Position numbers and translations under genes: made by a program. A stretch of 63,319 bases of DNA, counting the filler, from Rhizaria sp. SCN 62-66 (lineage: Eukaryota), in the NCBI GenBank assembly GCA_001724265.1. It is 2 parts of 2 records of this genome, joined end to end, with 100 filler letters (N's around TTAATTAATTAA, not from the genome) between each part and the next. Parts side by side here need not be neighbours in the genome. Positions count along the whole stretch, not along the records: positions 1 to 31,625 come from MEDY01000355.1; 1 more part is not named here. One strand, written 5' to 3'. Each line of letters starts with the position of its first letter. Positions within the stretch are counted from its first letter, which is position 1. Positions 13,872-28,422 of this stretch are shown here, piece by piece. Below the pieces are notes generated by a model. It had not been told where the DNA came from. It was given only the letters and a program-made list of their open reading frames with translations, and ran no database searches.

Positions 13872-16800
13872 TTAGAGGAACTGGGGCGCGCAGAAGTAGC
13901 GGAGCGAGCAGAAAAGCGCGACGCCGGCCTTGATCCACTTGGCCTCGGCAACGGCGCTGGGGAGCTCGACGAACATGACGAAGTTGGTCGAGTGGCCCGT
14001 AGTCGACAGTGTGCCCTGGCGCGTGAGCGTCTTGTACACGGGGCAGCGGTACACGCCGCTCTCGGGCGCGCGGCGCTCCTCCTCGGGCAGCAGCCAAAGC
14101 ACGGGCAGCGCGGCCACCAGCTCCTTGGGCCGCGAGTCGGCCAGCGACTTGGTCTCGGCGTCCCAGCGCGCGCCTTCAAGGAAGAGTCCGTGCACGTAGA
14201 CGCCGTCGGCGGGCCGCGGGAGCTCGCCGTTGGGGCCCGCCAGCGCGGCCGCGTCGACCATGCGGAAGGAGAAGGAGATGGAGTCGATGGGCTTCTTGTA
14301 CTTGCGCGCGAAGTTCTGGAGGGTGCCCGTGAGGAAGGCCTGGGGGAAGAAGAAGCCGCCCATCCAGAAGACGGCCGGCGTGCCCGTCTGGATCCACTTG
14401 TTGAGGAAGGACACGCGCGCGAGCAGGTCCTGGACCCAGGATGCGAGTGGCATCAGCGAGGGGTACGCTACGAAGGCCCAGGACTCTGGCACGGCATTGG
14501 AGTAAAGCGCGTCGGCCATCTTGTCCAGCTCCAGAGTCATGACCATCTCGCCCTTGAGCGCGCGCGCCAGGTCCGCCAGCGAGGACCGCAGCTTGGCGAT
14601 GAGCCGGTTGTACAGGATGCACTCTTGCGTCAGCACCGTGTTCATGCTCTCGGTGTAGGCCGTGGGGAAGCGCTTCGACACCGTCTCGATCTCCCACGGC
14701 TGCGGGATGCGCGCGAGGATGCCCGCGCCGATCTCGCCGATGAGATCCTCGCGCGACTTGCCCGCGCCGGCCGTGTTGCGCGGCAGCAACGCCACGATGG
14801 TGTTGAACGTCTGGATCGTGTCCTCCTGTGCCGAGGTGATGTCAGCGTTCTCGTGCATGCCGAACACCTCCGGCTCCGGCACTGCATCGAGCGCCGAGAT
14901 GGCCTGCAGGTAGCTCGCGCGGTTGCCCGCAGGCAGCGAGAGGTAGCGGCCCGAGGACGAGAAAGCGTAGTCGTCCTGCAGCACCGCCGGGCACACGAAG
15001 TCGTCGAGGATCGTGCGGATCGTGCGGCGGTCCACGTCGTCGGTGACGCGGCCACCGTAGTTGATGTCGTAGGTGAGGAAATGGACGACCTGGTAGGGCA
15101 CGGTGTCGTACATGTCGATGAAGTCGCGCAACTGCGTCACGCACACGCCCAGGTCGTTCTCGGTGAACTCGTAGCTGATGTTCCAGCCGAGCGGGCCGAA
15201 CTTGCGCCGGTCCAGGATGACGGCGTGGAAGAAGCACAGCGAGTAGAGCAGCTTCTTGAAGTCGCGCGGCTTGCGAGACTTGTTGAGGAACTGGTCCGAG
15301 AAGCCCGTGTAGGAGCGCAGCAGGTTGGCCTTAAGGCCCTTGGGTGGCTCGTTGGTCATCTTGACGCCCGCCTGCAGGATCGAGACGGGGAAGCGCGGCG
15401 TGGGCATCGAGGTGAGCCAAAGGCGGAAGTCCTCGTGCGTGTCCTCGGCCGAGAGCCCCGCGACGAGAGTCTCGAGCTGCGGCAGCCACGAGATGGCGAG
15501 GTGGCAGTTCTGCAGCAGCACCCAGCCGCCCTGCTTGGCGGCCAGCGCGATGCTCTTGGCGGCCTTGCCCTCCTGGCCCTGGCCAAGCGACACGGCGTAC
15601 GTCTTGTCGCGCACGTTCAGCTCGGTCGCCAGCGCGAACAGCGCCGAGGCCGGGTCCGCGCCCTTGGAGAGGATGAAGATGAGCGGCGTCGTCGCCGTGC
15701 TGTCCTTGAACGACGAGTGCAAGTTGAACTGCGGCGTCTCCGTAAATTCGGGCCCCAGGTGCTTGCCCACGAAGGCCTGGATGGCCGCCGAGACCTTGTC
15801 GGGACGCAGCGCCTTAAGCACGATCATGCGCTGGATGTCCGACAGCGCGCCCTGCCACGGCTCCGGCAGCGGCTGCAGGTGCGGCGTCGCCGAGTCGAAC
15901 ATGTGCTTGAACACCGCGACGTGCTCGGCCACGGCGCGGTCGAAGCCCGAGAGCGCGGGCAGGGTCGCCAGCGTGCACAGGTTGCTCCACGCGTTGTCCG
16001 TCAGCCACTCGGGCGCGGGGTTGCGCTTGACGCCGCCCGCCGCAGCCGACGGCGTGTTGCTGCTGCCGCTGCTGTTGCTGTTGCTGTTGGAGCTCGTGGT
16101 GGTGGAGCCGGCGACGAGGAAGCGCCACTCGACGGGGTCGATAAGGCCGTCGACCTGCATGATGGCGACGGCGAGCAGGAAGCCGAAGAGCAGCTTGTGC
16201 GCCTCGAACAGCGAGCGGCACACGTTCTGGAACAGCGAGAGCGTGAAGTAGGCGTTGATGTTGTTGAGGCGCGTGGCAACGTCGGCCGAGGGCGGCGCGT
16301 TGGTCACGCCGGCCAGGAAGAGCGACACGAACCACTGCAGCGAGTACTGGTACATGGGGTCCACCTCGGCCAGGTCCGCGATGCAGAAGTATAGCACAGC
16401 GGCGCGCAGCGCGACGGGCTCGTAGGCCGTGCGCTTGCGGTCAATGTCGCGCTCAACGAGCTCGGCCGTGGCGAGCTGCGCGTTCATCTCCTCAGACGTC
16501 TGCTTGCTCTGCGTGAGCACGGCGATGAGGTCCTCGCGCTCCAGGATGTCGCCGTCGCCCGACTCGGCCAGCAGCTTCAGGATGTGGTCCTCGGTCTCCT
16601 GCAGCGTGCGCTGCATGCGCGCGTTCTGCACCACCATCTCGGACTTGGTGGCCTCCAGCTCAGGCGCCTCCTTGTTGACCACGGCGCCCAGCATCTGGTC
16701 CTGCAGGCCCTGGCGCGTGATAGTGAAGTTGAGCAGCGTGACCTTGACCTGCAGCTCGGGTGGGTAGTGCGGGTTCGGCAGCTTCGTCGTCAGGTACAAG

Positions 16801-19800
16801 TGGAAGCCGTCCGAGAAGGGGATCTGCGAGTCGCCCAGGCGGATGTGTGGCTGTCCGTTGATGAGCGTGACCGACTGCAGCAGCACCGGCTCGAGCACCT
16901 GCTCGACCTCCTCGCCCAGGTTCTCGATCAGCACCCAGAAGCCCATCTGGATGGCCGTCTCCATGACGTGTAGCCAGTTGCGGTCGCTCGTCTGCACCAC
17001 GTGCATGCCGCCCTTGGGCCACTTCTGCTCGCCGAGGCGCTTGACGAACTTGCTCGCCTGGCCCTGCGGGTCGATCATGAGCGGCCAGCGGCGCGCCTTG
17101 TACATGATGATGGCGTTGTCGATTGAGACCTGGTCCGTGGGCAGCCCCGTGATGGTCCACGCGCGGATTTGCATAGGGTCGCCCAGCGTCGTCCGCACGC
17201 AGCAGCCCTCGGTGTGGGGCACGCCGAGCTCCACCAGCTTGGCGCGCCACAGCGCAACCATCTCGTTGCGGAACTCGGCCGTGAAGGCGCCCAGGTAGGC
17301 GATGGTGCCGGCCGAGACGAGGACGTCGCCGAGGATGTGGCCGAACTCGGCGTCCTTCTCGGCGATCGTGCGCGTCCAGCGCTCGCCCTCGCCGGACAGC
17401 CCACCCGTGAGCGTCTTGGCGCGGACGAGCTTGACCTCGCACAGGTCGACCTCCTTCTGCAGCCGCTGCGACTCGGCCACGGCCTCGCCCAGACGGCTCT
17501 GCAGCACCGCAAGGCGCGCGTTGACCGTGTCGAGGCGCTGCTTGGCCTGGTCCAAGTCTGCCATGACGCGCTCCAGCTCGGCCTCGGCGACGCGCAGGCG
17601 CACGCGCTTGGGCTCCACCACCAGCGCCACCTGGTGGTACTGAAACATTGCGTGCACCCACATGCAGATGGCGCGGCACGCCTTGGACGCGTTCTCGATC
17701 TTCTTGACCTGGAACTCTGGCGAGGTGATGTAAGGCGCGATCTTCTGAATCACACTCTCAGGGATGTTGTCGCGGTCATAGCCCTGGAGAGTGTCGAGCA
17801 GCTTCTTCGGGTCGCGCAGAATCTGCTTCTGCGCAGTCTCCCAGTAGTCGGGCTTGGACCGCCCTGCCACCAGCGGGTCCGCGCGCATCACGATCTTGAG
17901 GTTCCACGGCTTGGCGAGCATGATGCAGCATGCCTCCATGGTCAGGATAACGCCGGTCGGGGGCTTCTTGAAGTTGCGCACCTCGTCGATGTGCGCCTTC
18001 TGCAGCTCCTTGAGGCACTCGACGGCCTTGTCAAGCATCGGCAGCGCCTTGTCCAGCTCCGTCTGCGCCTCGTCGCGAATGCCCTTGCACTCGGCGGCCT
18101 TGACGGCGGCGTCGGCCTCCTGGCGCTCGACAACCTCCTTGGTTACCGCGGCGTCGCGCGTGTCGTGCTCGATGTCGGCGCGCATCTGCGTCACCTCGAG
18201 CTGCCGCGCCGCCAGCTTCGGCTGCTTCTCGCGCAGGTCGATCTCCAGCTGCGCAATCGTCTTGGCGGCGTCGGCCAGCGTGTTAAGGCCGCTCTGCAGC
18301 TTCGAGCGCAGCCCGCCGATGTCGGCGCGGCGCTCCTTGAGCAGCGTCTTGAACGTCGCCAGCAGCTCCAGGTATGACGTGGGCGTGACGTAGTTGTAGC
18401 GGCGCAGCTTGGCGAGGTACTCCTTCGACTGGCGCTCGACAACCTCATGGATGAAGGTGAACATCGTCACGAGCGTCGCCTCGGGCACGGCCAGCCCCAG
18501 GTCGTCCTCGCGCAGCACGCTGGAGCCGACGGAGCGCAGCGCCTCGGTGGGCCAGGCGGAGAACCAGTCGATGTAGCAGCAGTTGACGAGCGAGGGGAAC
18601 ATGCGGAGCCGCGTGCGGAAGGCCTCGCCGAGCGGGGACATGCACAGCACGACGTGCAGGTTCGCCTTGATGCGCAGCAGGAACTGCGCGTAGGCGTTGA
18701 CCTTGTTCTGCGGGATCGACTTGCGCTGGCAGTCAACCTTGCACGTGGCGAAGATCGTGTCCAGGTCGTCGTTGCTGAAGACGTTGGGGATCTCGCCCGA
18801 GTTGAGCAGGTTGTTGACGTCCTCGAGGAAGCCCTCATGAGTGATCTGCGTGTCGGAGAAGAGGAACACCGTGGGCTGCTCCTTGAGGCCGGCGTTGAGC
18901 AGCATGTTCTTGACGGCCTCGCGCCACTCGGGCATGCCGAAGCCCTTGTTCATCTCGATCTGCACCAGCGCGAACTCGCCCATGTAGGCCGCGAGCCGCG
19001 TGAGCGACTGCCGGCCCGAGCCACCGACGCCGAGCAGCAGCGCGTGCCCACCGGGGGTGCGCAGCACGCGCGACAGGCGCGAGACGTGCTCGACGGCGTC
19101 GCCGAACAGCACAAGCTTCATCTGGTGCGTCGAGTCCTCGTTGTGCTCACCCAGCGCGTGCTCCATGACGCGCAGCGCCGCGCCGTAGTCCTTGACTTCG
19201 TCATAGACGCGGTGCTCGACCTGGAGCCCGTCGCAGTAGTCTCCGAAGAGCACGCGGCTGGCGGGCGAGCCGGGCGCGCCGACCACGTCGCTCCACGACA
19301 CGCTGAAGTGCTTCGTCATCGTCTCGGCGAGCAGCGTCTCGAGGTAAGCCACGTCCTCGGGCGAAACCAGGCGGTCCTCGAAGGCGCGGCGCGACTCGTG
19401 CACCCAGAGACGCAGCATCGACGTCACGGCCGTGAGGCGCTTGGGCGAGGCCGAGAGCAGCCCGTGGACCTGGGCGGCCAGGTCGCGCAGGTTGAAGGTA
19501 TAGTGCGAGCGCGAAGGCGTGGGCAGCAGCTCCTGGCTCACGCGCTGGTACACCTCGATCGAGGCCTCGACGATGGCGTGTGACAGCGCCGAGACTTCGG
19601 GGACGAACTTGCGCAGCCCGTCGTCGACGATCGTGGTGAAGATGAGCGCCAGCGCCGAGTGGTCCAGCTCCACGTGTGCGACCTGGTGGAAGTGCCGCGT
19701 GAAGCGCGCCGTGACGGGGTTGCGGCCGCCGCCGGGCGGGCCCATGGCGGCCACGAAGCCCGTGTCGACGACCTCGACCCACTGCAGCGAGTGGCGGTTG

Positions 19801-22800
19801 TACCAGCCGCCGTAGTCCATGAACTGGCGCAGCAGCTCCACGGCCGGCTGCGCGAAGTAGCGCTCGCGCGCGGGCATGTTGAGGTCGTCGACGAACACCA
19901 CCGTGCGCTTGCCCACGGGCGGGCCGTAGAGGCGCGCGCGGCGCTTGGTGAGCTTGGGGAAGATGATGTCCTCGGTCTGGTTCGCCGTCGTGGCGGCCGA
20001 GAAGGTCAGCGTGATGGGCTGGAACTTGTCGGGCAGACGGCCCAGGTACTGCATCACGTTGACGGACTTGCCCGTGCCGGTCTGGCCCGTGAAGAGCACG
20101 TGGCGGCCCGCCTTAACGAGCAGGTCGAGCACGAAGGTCGCGCGCACCGAGTCGGCCGTGGGCACAATCACCTCGTGGCTCGTCAGCCGCGGGTCCACCT
20201 CGAACGCCGGCTGCGTGTCCATCCACGGCACCCAGCGGCCCAGACGCGCGTCGAACGTGTAGTCGTACACCAACGCCACGGCGCCCGCGCCGGGCACGGG
20301 GCTCAGCGGCGAGAAGCCGTGGGCCGCCTCGGCGGCGGCCTCGAGAGCCGCGCGCACGGGCGCCTCTGGCGGGCCGGCGGCCGCAAGATTGGCCGACTGC
20401 AGCAGCAGACGCAGGAAGTTGGAGAACTTGGCGCGGCCGGCGCGGTCTGTGGTGGCGCCGATGGACCACACCAGCGACAGGATCACGTACGACACAATCT
20501 TGTCCTTGAACGCCGTGCGCGCCTCGTCAGCGGAGACGGAACCCTCGCCGTTGCCGTTGGCGCCAGCGCCGGAGCTAGAGCTCGAGCCGTCAGCGGCGGC
20601 GGCGGCAGAGGTGGCGGAGACGGCGAGCGAGCCAACCTTGGCGGTGGCGGCAACCGCGAGCGTCTGTGAAGCGCGGCGAAGCGCCAGCGGACTCATCATG
20701 TCAGGGCCCGGGACGTCGGCCGAGGCGCCCTGGGTCCAGTTGATGGAGCCGTCCTCGTTGAGCGGCAGGTGCGGCGCCATGAATGCGTCGAGCAGCCCCA
20801 GCAGCGAAAGCACCAGGTTCGAGTCCACCGAGGGCACGGGCTCCTCGACGCTGCGGCGGCGCACGAACGCCAGCGCGGGCTCCACCAGCGCCTCGAGCGC
20901 GGCCGACAGCGCGGGGCGGACCGAGTTGAAGACGGGATGCAGGCGCTCAATCCACGAGCGCAGCAGCGGCGCGATGCCCATCGCCGAGGGCTCCAGGTAG
21001 ACCATGCCGCAGCGCGACACAGTGGCCGGGGACGCCACGGCGAGGTCCTCGACCTCGAAGACCATGCGCATCTGGTTGGTGAGCTTGAGGATCTCCTGCG
21101 AGACGAGGCAGAGCTTCTTGTTGTCGTCGAGCACGGTGTTCATGTTCTCGATCCAGAGCGCGTCGACGGGACCGTCGAAGACGACCCACTGCCAGTGGCG
21201 CGGGTCGGCCTCGGACTCGAGGATGCACTCGCGCACGACGAGCGCGATGATGCCGTCGGTCCACTCCTTGGAGTTGGTGTCCAGGTCACCGTAGAGCTGC
21301 GCCATGGTCAGCGCCTTGGGGTTGATCACACGCTCCTCGACGCGCATGAAGCTGCCCACGCCGTGGAGCCGGTTGAGAGCGCCCGCCAGCACGGCGCGCG
21401 CGCATGACTTGCCGCCGCCGGCGGGGCCGACGACCATGAGGCCGTGGCGCACCACGGTCGTCTCGTAGATCTGCACGCACTTCTGCGTGAAGGACGGCAC
21501 GGGCTGCAGGCCCTGTTCCTTGCACGTGAGCACGATAGCGTTGAGCAGCGGGCCGAACTGCGCCTCGGGCTTGGCCACCGAGGGGAAGAGGTCGGCGATG
21601 ATACCCTCGAACAGCGGGATGTCCTGCTTCAGGAACTTGGGCATGTTGACATCGAGCAGCGCCTGCAGCAGCAGCGCGTCCTCGTCCATCGCCGGGTCCT
21701 CGCGCTTGAGGATACCCGCGCGCGTGATCACAGTCTTGACGGCGCGCATGCCGTAGTCGTAGTGGTCCTGCGTCGAGAGCTGCTCAGACGCAAGCTTGAA
21801 CGTCGTCACCATCTTGCGCGCGAGCGCCTTGGCGGCGTTGAAGCCGAACGAGTAGAGCATGATCTGCGCGATGAGCGCGTAGTCGGGCACCATCATCGCG
21901 ACGGGACGGAAGAGCGCCTTGAGGTTGTCGGGCAGCTCAGTGCGGCCCGCGTAGCCGGGGTTCATGGTGACGAAGACAGCGCACGTGGGCTCGAGCGCGA
22001 TCTCGGCGTCCTCGAACGTGAAGTGTGCCACGCCCAGCTTGACGGCCTCGTAGATGGTCATAATCTGTTGCGCGACGACGGAGAGCACTTCGATGTCGAT
22101 ACGGTTGAACTCGTCGAAGCAGGACCACGCGCCCGAGGACGCCAGACCCTTGAAGAACTTGCCCATGGCGAGGTAGTTGAGCGCCTCGGAGCAGTTGAAG
22201 ACGACGCACTGCTTGGCCACGGCCTTGGCCAGGTCCTTGACGGACTCGGTCTTGCCCGTGCCGGCGGGGCCCGCGGGCGCGCCGCCGAGCGAGAGCGACA
22301 GCGCGGTCATGAGCGTCATGTAGCAGCGGTCCGTCAGCGGCGTGATGACGAGGCGCAGCGTGTTGCCGAGGTACTCGTAGCCGTAGGGGAAGCGCGACTG
22401 CACCATCTGTACCCACAGCTGCTTGTCCTCCTGGTAGTAGCGCATCTGGCAGATCCACTGGAAGTCGGTCGCGGCCGAGACCTTGGCCTTGACGAGCGAG
22501 TCGACGATGTCGCGCGCGTGCACGTCGAGCACGATCAGCGCGCCCAAAGTCAGCGAGAGCAGGTTCGTCAGGTTGCTGCGCACCAGCTCGACGAGACCGT
22601 TGAGCTGCTCGCCGAGCTTGGCCTAAAGATTGAGAGATAAAACAAATCAATAACAAAAAGATAATGAAAATGAGTTAAAATGTGCACAAAATAGATAGAA
22701 AAAACCTCAATGCAACTGTTACTCGAGCGAAATGCGTTCATGTGCGTACCTGGTAGCGCTGGATGCCGGAGAAGCCCTGGGTCTTGAGCGCGGCCTCGAC

Positions 22801-25800
22801 CTCAGCGGTCCAGTGGAGCTGGGAGCCGGCGAGGACGCACTGGCCGGGCCAGTTCTGGACCCACTGCGTGCGCGGGCGGACGACGTAGTCGCGCACGGAC
22901 TGCTCGAGCCAGTAGCGGACCGACTCCTTCATCTGGCGCTCGACGCCGCCCAGCCAGTCCTCAACGTTCTGCCCGCGCGGGTCCACCGCCTTGGCGAAGG
23001 GCACGCGCTCCTGCTCGGCTGAGAACATGGCCGTGATGGTCGAGTCACGCTCGAACGCCACGGCATTGATGTTCTCGAAACACTTCTTGAGGTGCGGCTG
23101 CACGGCCGTGGGGTCCTGCGTCTGCGACAGGATCTGCAGCAGTTCTTCGTCCGAGAGGAAGAAGAAACGGGGGAATGCGAGACGCTTCTTGTCTAGGTAG
23201 TCAGAAAGACGCTTCTGGACCATCTGGAGCTGCTGATTCGAGTCCTGGAGCTTCTGCAGCAGCCCTGCGTTGTCGCAGAAGAGCAGCACGTCGGGGTTGC
23301 CGTGCACGCCTGTCATCATCGAGCGCCACATCTTGTGCACCTGCTGGAATCGCTTGCCCTCGGCGAAGAGCTGCTTCATGATGTCGGGAGAGGAGAAGAT
23401 GGCCTGCAGGCCGAGCCACTGGCGCTGGACGGCGAGCCACTCCTCGATGACCTCGTAGACCGTCTGCAGCTTGGAGCTCCAGCGCGAGATGCGGTCGTCG
23501 AAAAACTTCTTGTAGGGCGAGAACTGCATCGACTGCGTCGTCATGGTGTGCTCGTCAAGCAGCTGGATGATCGGGTCCACGTCCTTGAGGATGAAGGTGC
23601 CCGTCTTCTTGTACGGCACCACGGTGAACTCGACCGAGCGCCAGGCGGCCTCCATCTTGTCCAGCGCGGCCTCGAGCTGGTACTCCTTGCCGGCCGTATC
23701 GCCGGTCGCCGTGATGAGCTCCAGGTGGCCCTGCAGCTCATACTCGCTCAGCAGCTTGCTCAGCGTCAGCGTCTCGTCCGGCTGCGGCAGCTCCACGGGC
23801 AGCGCAGCGCGCAGCGCGTCCCAGTGCCGCTGTCGCATGCCCGGGTTGCGCAGCGCGAGAATAAGCGGGAGGTTGGGCCGGAACTCGTCGATCTGGCGCT
23901 TGACGGCGTCGGCGATGGCGAAGCAGCCCGGGTTGGCCTGGATCACCTTGGCCTTGACGGCCTTGGCCATGGCCTTGTAGTAGCCCGTGACGAGGGAGCT
24001 GACTTCCTCGCCCTTGAGCGACATGAAGGGCTCCGAAAGCCACTTCGCGCGGTTTGTCGTCCACTCCGAGACCGTGGTCCAGAGCAGGTAGTAGGGCTCG
24101 AACAGACGCACAACCTTGGCGACGTGGCGGTAATCGGTGCTGGGCAGCTCGAAGAGCATCTCGCCCGTGTTAAAGTCCTGCGCGCGCTTCTGCAGGTTGT
24201 TAAGGCGCTCGTTGAGCTTCTCCACCTTGGCCGCGATGGCCTTGACCTTGGTCGCGTCCGTGTTGGCGCCGAAGCCGTTGACCTTCTTCTCCAGCTCGAG
24301 CAACTCGCCGACGAAGTCCTCTTGGCGCTGCTGCATCTCGGCCAGGAAGGTCCCGCGCAGCGCGCCCAGCTGGACCTCCTTGGCGGCGACCTGGTCGGCC
24401 ACCGTCTTGGGCCATGCGAAGGTGCTCCACCGCAGCTTGAACAGGTCTACCGAGAGGCGGTAGTTGAACCCGTCGAGCAGCTCGAAGGCGCCCATGACGT
24501 CTTGGATGGTCCGCTTGAAGCCGCCCACGGTCATGGGCACAGTCGCCAGCAGCTCGCGCAGCTTGACCAGCGCCGCGATGTCCTCTGGGCTCTGCTTGAT
24601 CTGCGCCTCGACAGCGCGGAACTGCGTGCCCAGCGCCAGACAGCGCGCGCGCGTCTGCGCCGCGAAGGCGTCGAGCAGCTTCTGTACGATGAGCAGGTGG
24701 CGAGCGATGAGCTGGCGGCGCACGTCCTCGAGCGAGAGCGTTACCAGGCCCAGGTTGACCGAGCGCGGCACGTCGCGGTCCAGCGCCTCGGCCGCGCGCC
24801 GGTGCGCCTCAACCTCGCGCGCAATCTCCTCGTGGTCGCCGCCGTCGCCGTCGGCGCCGGCACCCGAACCGGAGCCGTCGTCGGCCCACTCGGCGACGTA
24901 GGCGTCGACGTCGAGCCGCAGCAGCTCCTCGTAGCGCGCGAACTGCGCGACATACTGCTTGAGCGGCTGCAGCGCGCGCTCGAGCCAGCCCGAGGCCGCG
25001 GCGACGAGCGCCACGACCCAGGGCTCGTCGCGGCGCACCGTCGCGAGCGTGTCGTCAGAGCCGAAGGGGAAAAGGTGCTCGAGCACGCGCGTCTCGAGCT
25101 GCGGGATGCCCACGAGCGCGTGCAGGCCCTTCTCCAGCACCGCGAGCGGCGCCGCGGCCAGTTGCTCGGGGCGCGTCGACAGCGACAGCCGCCCGTCGCG
25201 CGCGGTCAGCTCGACGGTGAAGAGCGAGAAGTCGGCCGGCATGCGCGCGAGCCCGTGCAGAAAGGCCTCCTGGTCCGTCTGCATCAGCGCCAGCAGCTTG
25301 TCCTTGGGACCCGGCACCGCCAGCGACGCGTCCAGAGACACCTTGACGTTCGCGGTGCCCTGTAATAGCATCAACAAAGAAAACAGATTCGAATAAGAGA
25401 AACGTCAGCAAAGCATAAAAAGTGTCAACTCAAAAGAATATAGTCGTCATTATTAGTTTGGTAATAGTTTTGTTGGTGACTGTGACTGTGACGTACTGTG
25501 ATCTCTACGTTGTAGGCGCAGACGCGGCGGAGGAAGGCGGCGTACTTGGCGAGCGAGTCCTGGGCGAGGAAGCGAACCGAGTCCTGCATGAGGAACGTGG
25601 TCACAGTCATGAACTTCTTGAGCTTGGACAACGAGTAGACCTCGAGCGACTGCTCGCCCAGGTTGAACCAGCCCTTGCCGACCTGGCGCAGCGAGTCGGT
25701 CACGCACGCCTTAAGCGCGCCGACCCAGCGGTCCTTGAGCGCGTTAGTAAGCTGCAGCGCGGCAGACTGCTGCACCTGCTCGAACTCCTCCACGCGCACG

Positions 25801-27711
25801 GGTTTCGGGATCGCGACGTTGAAGAGCGACATGCGCTGCAGCTTGAGGCACTCGGCGTTGACCTTGACGAGTGCAGCCAGCGCCTCGGCCTTGGTCAGTA
25901 CCGAGTGGAAACAGAAGTCGGAGAAGTGGTTCGGGAAGTCGTGGAAGGGCACCTTGACCACCCCGGACGCAGGCGCGGAAGACGCGTTGGCGCGGCGCAC
26001 CTGCAGATGCTGCGACTGGGCGCCGTCGCCGCTCTCAGGAACAGAGCTACCGCTGCTGCTGCTATTGTTGAAGATTGCGGGGAGCGCGGGCGCGAGCGAA
26101 GAGTAGAGAGTGCGTTGTGTGGGGTCCGCGAGCGTCGTGTCGAAGATGATCTTGTTCATCGTGCGCGCGTAGTTGATGTTGACCTCCTGTAGCAGCGCCG
26201 TGACGTCCTGGCGGAAGCGCGCAAGCTTGGGCGTGCTCTGCGCGAGGTGCACGATGCGGTTCACCTGCTCGCTGTCAAGCACCTGCATCTCATCAATGGG
26301 CATCGAGTCGACGTAGAGCGCGTAGCGGATGCACGCCTCAAACTCGCGCCGCAGCTTGTGCGCGCGCGCGACGCGGGCCGCGAACAGGAACGGGTCCTCG
26401 GTCACGAAGAGCACGTGCACCGGTGGCAACTGCACGGGCACCGAGGGCGCGTCGGCGAAGTGCACGGTGTAGCGCCGCGCGGCGGCGTCGTAGGACACTG
26501 CCTCGCACGCCAGCCAGCGGCCCGACGCGGGCGCAGACGCGGCCGTGGTGCCGGGCGGGAAGCAGAGCGCGCGCGCGGGGACGCGCGGCGCGAGCTGCAG
26601 CCACTCCTCGGGGCCGCGGTAGTGGAGCTCCGCGTCGTCGAAGACGTCGAGCGGCAGATGCGAACGCTGGCCAGACTGGTGGTCCACGCCGTCCCAGCAG
26701 CGCGCGTAGTCGACGCCGCGCGCGCGCAGCAGCGCCGCCACGTCCTGCGCCGCGAAAAGCCGCTTCTTGCGCTCGACCTCGATGCGCCGGGGCGGGCGGC
26801 CGGGCTGAGTCTTGAAGGGAACGGCCACCTTGGGGTCCAGCGGGCTCGGCCCGGGGGGCAGGCCGTGCGAGAGTGGCGCCTTGCTCACGTCGTCCTCGTA
26901 CGGGTTCGGCTCGGCCGCATCGTCGCCGTCGCCGTCGCCATCCAGTGGCTCGGGGTGGGTCTGTGAAGATGCATTGGGCTTGGCGTTGTTGTTACGGGTA
27001 GCAGCAGCGGCGGCGGCGGCGGCGCGGGCGGCGTTGGGGCCGAAGCCGCGGCCGCCGGTGCCGCTAGCGCCCGCACCCGCGCCCGCGCCCGCGCGACTGT
27101 TGAGGTTGAGGCTGAAGGAGCGTGCGGGGATAGAGACATGGGGCTGCGCTGCGTGCTGCACCGAGGCTGCCGCAGGGCCGCTCGTCGCGTGCGCGACAGA
27201 GGCCGCGGAGGCGCCGCCCAGCAGCTCCGAGTAGATGCCGCGCTGCTTCGGAGGCGCGCCGGCGTCGCCGCCGACGGCGGAGGTGGTGAGGCCGCCAGTC
27301 AGGGACGCGGAGGGGCCAGAACCGACGCCCTTGATCTGGAAAGCACGCGGAGCCTAAGGGCGAGAGTCAATCGTGCGACGAAACAGGTATGAATAGGGAC
27401 AATGCCAAGGGAGTCAATAGGTAGACAGCCAGGTAACATGTGGCGAGTTGGAACAACCGAAAAACAGCATAGCGTCGAGAGAGCAGCAGCGTTAAAAGGT
27501 GATAAATTGCAGCGAAGTGAAACGACCAAGGGATGTGGGAAAAGGATGAAAGGGCAGGGAAGATAACGTGAGGAAGAGTGCGGGCGCGGGTGGTGGAAGT
27601 GCAAGAAGGGAAGCAAGTTGGCGCAAGTCAAGGCAGGAAGAGAAGTAAACGTACGCTTGCATCCTTGGACGGGGCGTCCTTGGGAGGCAACGGCCGGGCG
27701 TAGAGGGCCAT
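13872..27711 (-). CDS. DNAH1: Axonemal inner-arm (single-headed) dynein heavy chain, DNAH1-like, ~4424 aa; exons 27711-27655, 27353-25497, 25359-22750, 22622-13872
   Basis: P-loops GPAGTGKT (AAA1), GPAGGGKS (AAA2), GQTGTGKS (AAA3), GVGGSGRQS (AAA4). Also 'YGYEYLGN', 'CFDEFNRI', 'QDHYDYGMRAVK', stalk coiled-coil and C-terminal 'GTLSTTGHSTNFV'. N-terminal 'VPFKTQPGRPPRRIEVERKKR' resembles the DNAH1 N-terminus. Three phase-0 GT-AG introns keep the frame; TAA stop. Confidence 0.9.
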
Positions 27712-28422
27712 TACCGAAGAGGCACTCCGATGAGAGTGATTGAGAGGCCAAAGAGGGAAGTAAAGAGGTCGCTTGTGGAAATAAACAAAAGAAACTTCTG
27801 GAGTTTGAACCAGGGGTGAAGACAGAAAGAAAGGTGAGACGAAATCGCACGCAAACGAAACAAGACAGAGCCAGTACCCAGTGCCGGTGCTCGAGTCAGT
27901 GGAAATTAAAACGACACACCAGCGCGCGCGTGAAATAGCCATACAGAATATGCATAGAATAAATCCCTTTGTTGGATGGTTAATGATATAACAATACCCA
28001 CCAGACGCTCGTCCTATCGCACAAAAGCCCTTCCCGAGCAAGCCGCTCGATCGCTAGGAAACGGCTGGCTCTTGGTCGCTCGGTCAGTCGAAGCTGTCTT
28101 GGTCGGTCGGTCTGACTGGTAGTCGATCATTCAGGCAGTCGGCCGAGCCACGCGGCTTGACTTCTTCCTGGCGGTGAGGCTGCCAGTCGGGATCGAGCCG
28201 GGCGCTGCATCGCGACTGCTGGCGGCGCGTCAACGTGAATTGGCAAAAAATAGCGTTTGTGGATATTATTATGCTGTATTATATTTATGTTATTCGTCCC
28301 GTTTCTTGCTGCTGCGAGGTCGACCGTGGAGACCCGCCGTGAAATCGTACGCTAATCGTGCCCTCTTGCTCCCGCGACCTTTTTCTTCTTGCTCCCCCGG
28401 CGTTGCTTCTCTGTAGACACAA

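Noticed and set aside
4801-25365. Long antisense or alternate-frame ORFs (e.g. 4801-6477, 7468-9570, 13848-16394, 23302-25365; also 36308-38026 and 42325-43869)
   Set aside because: Shadow ORFs expected from very high GC3 in the real genes; Arg/Ala/Gly-rich with no recognisable motifs.
27354-27356. In-frame TAG upstream of dynein exon 2, and likewise at 22623-22625
   Set aside because: These are splice acceptors: preceded by pyrimidine-rich intron sequence and paired with phase-matched GTACG donors. Not counted as evidence for recoding.
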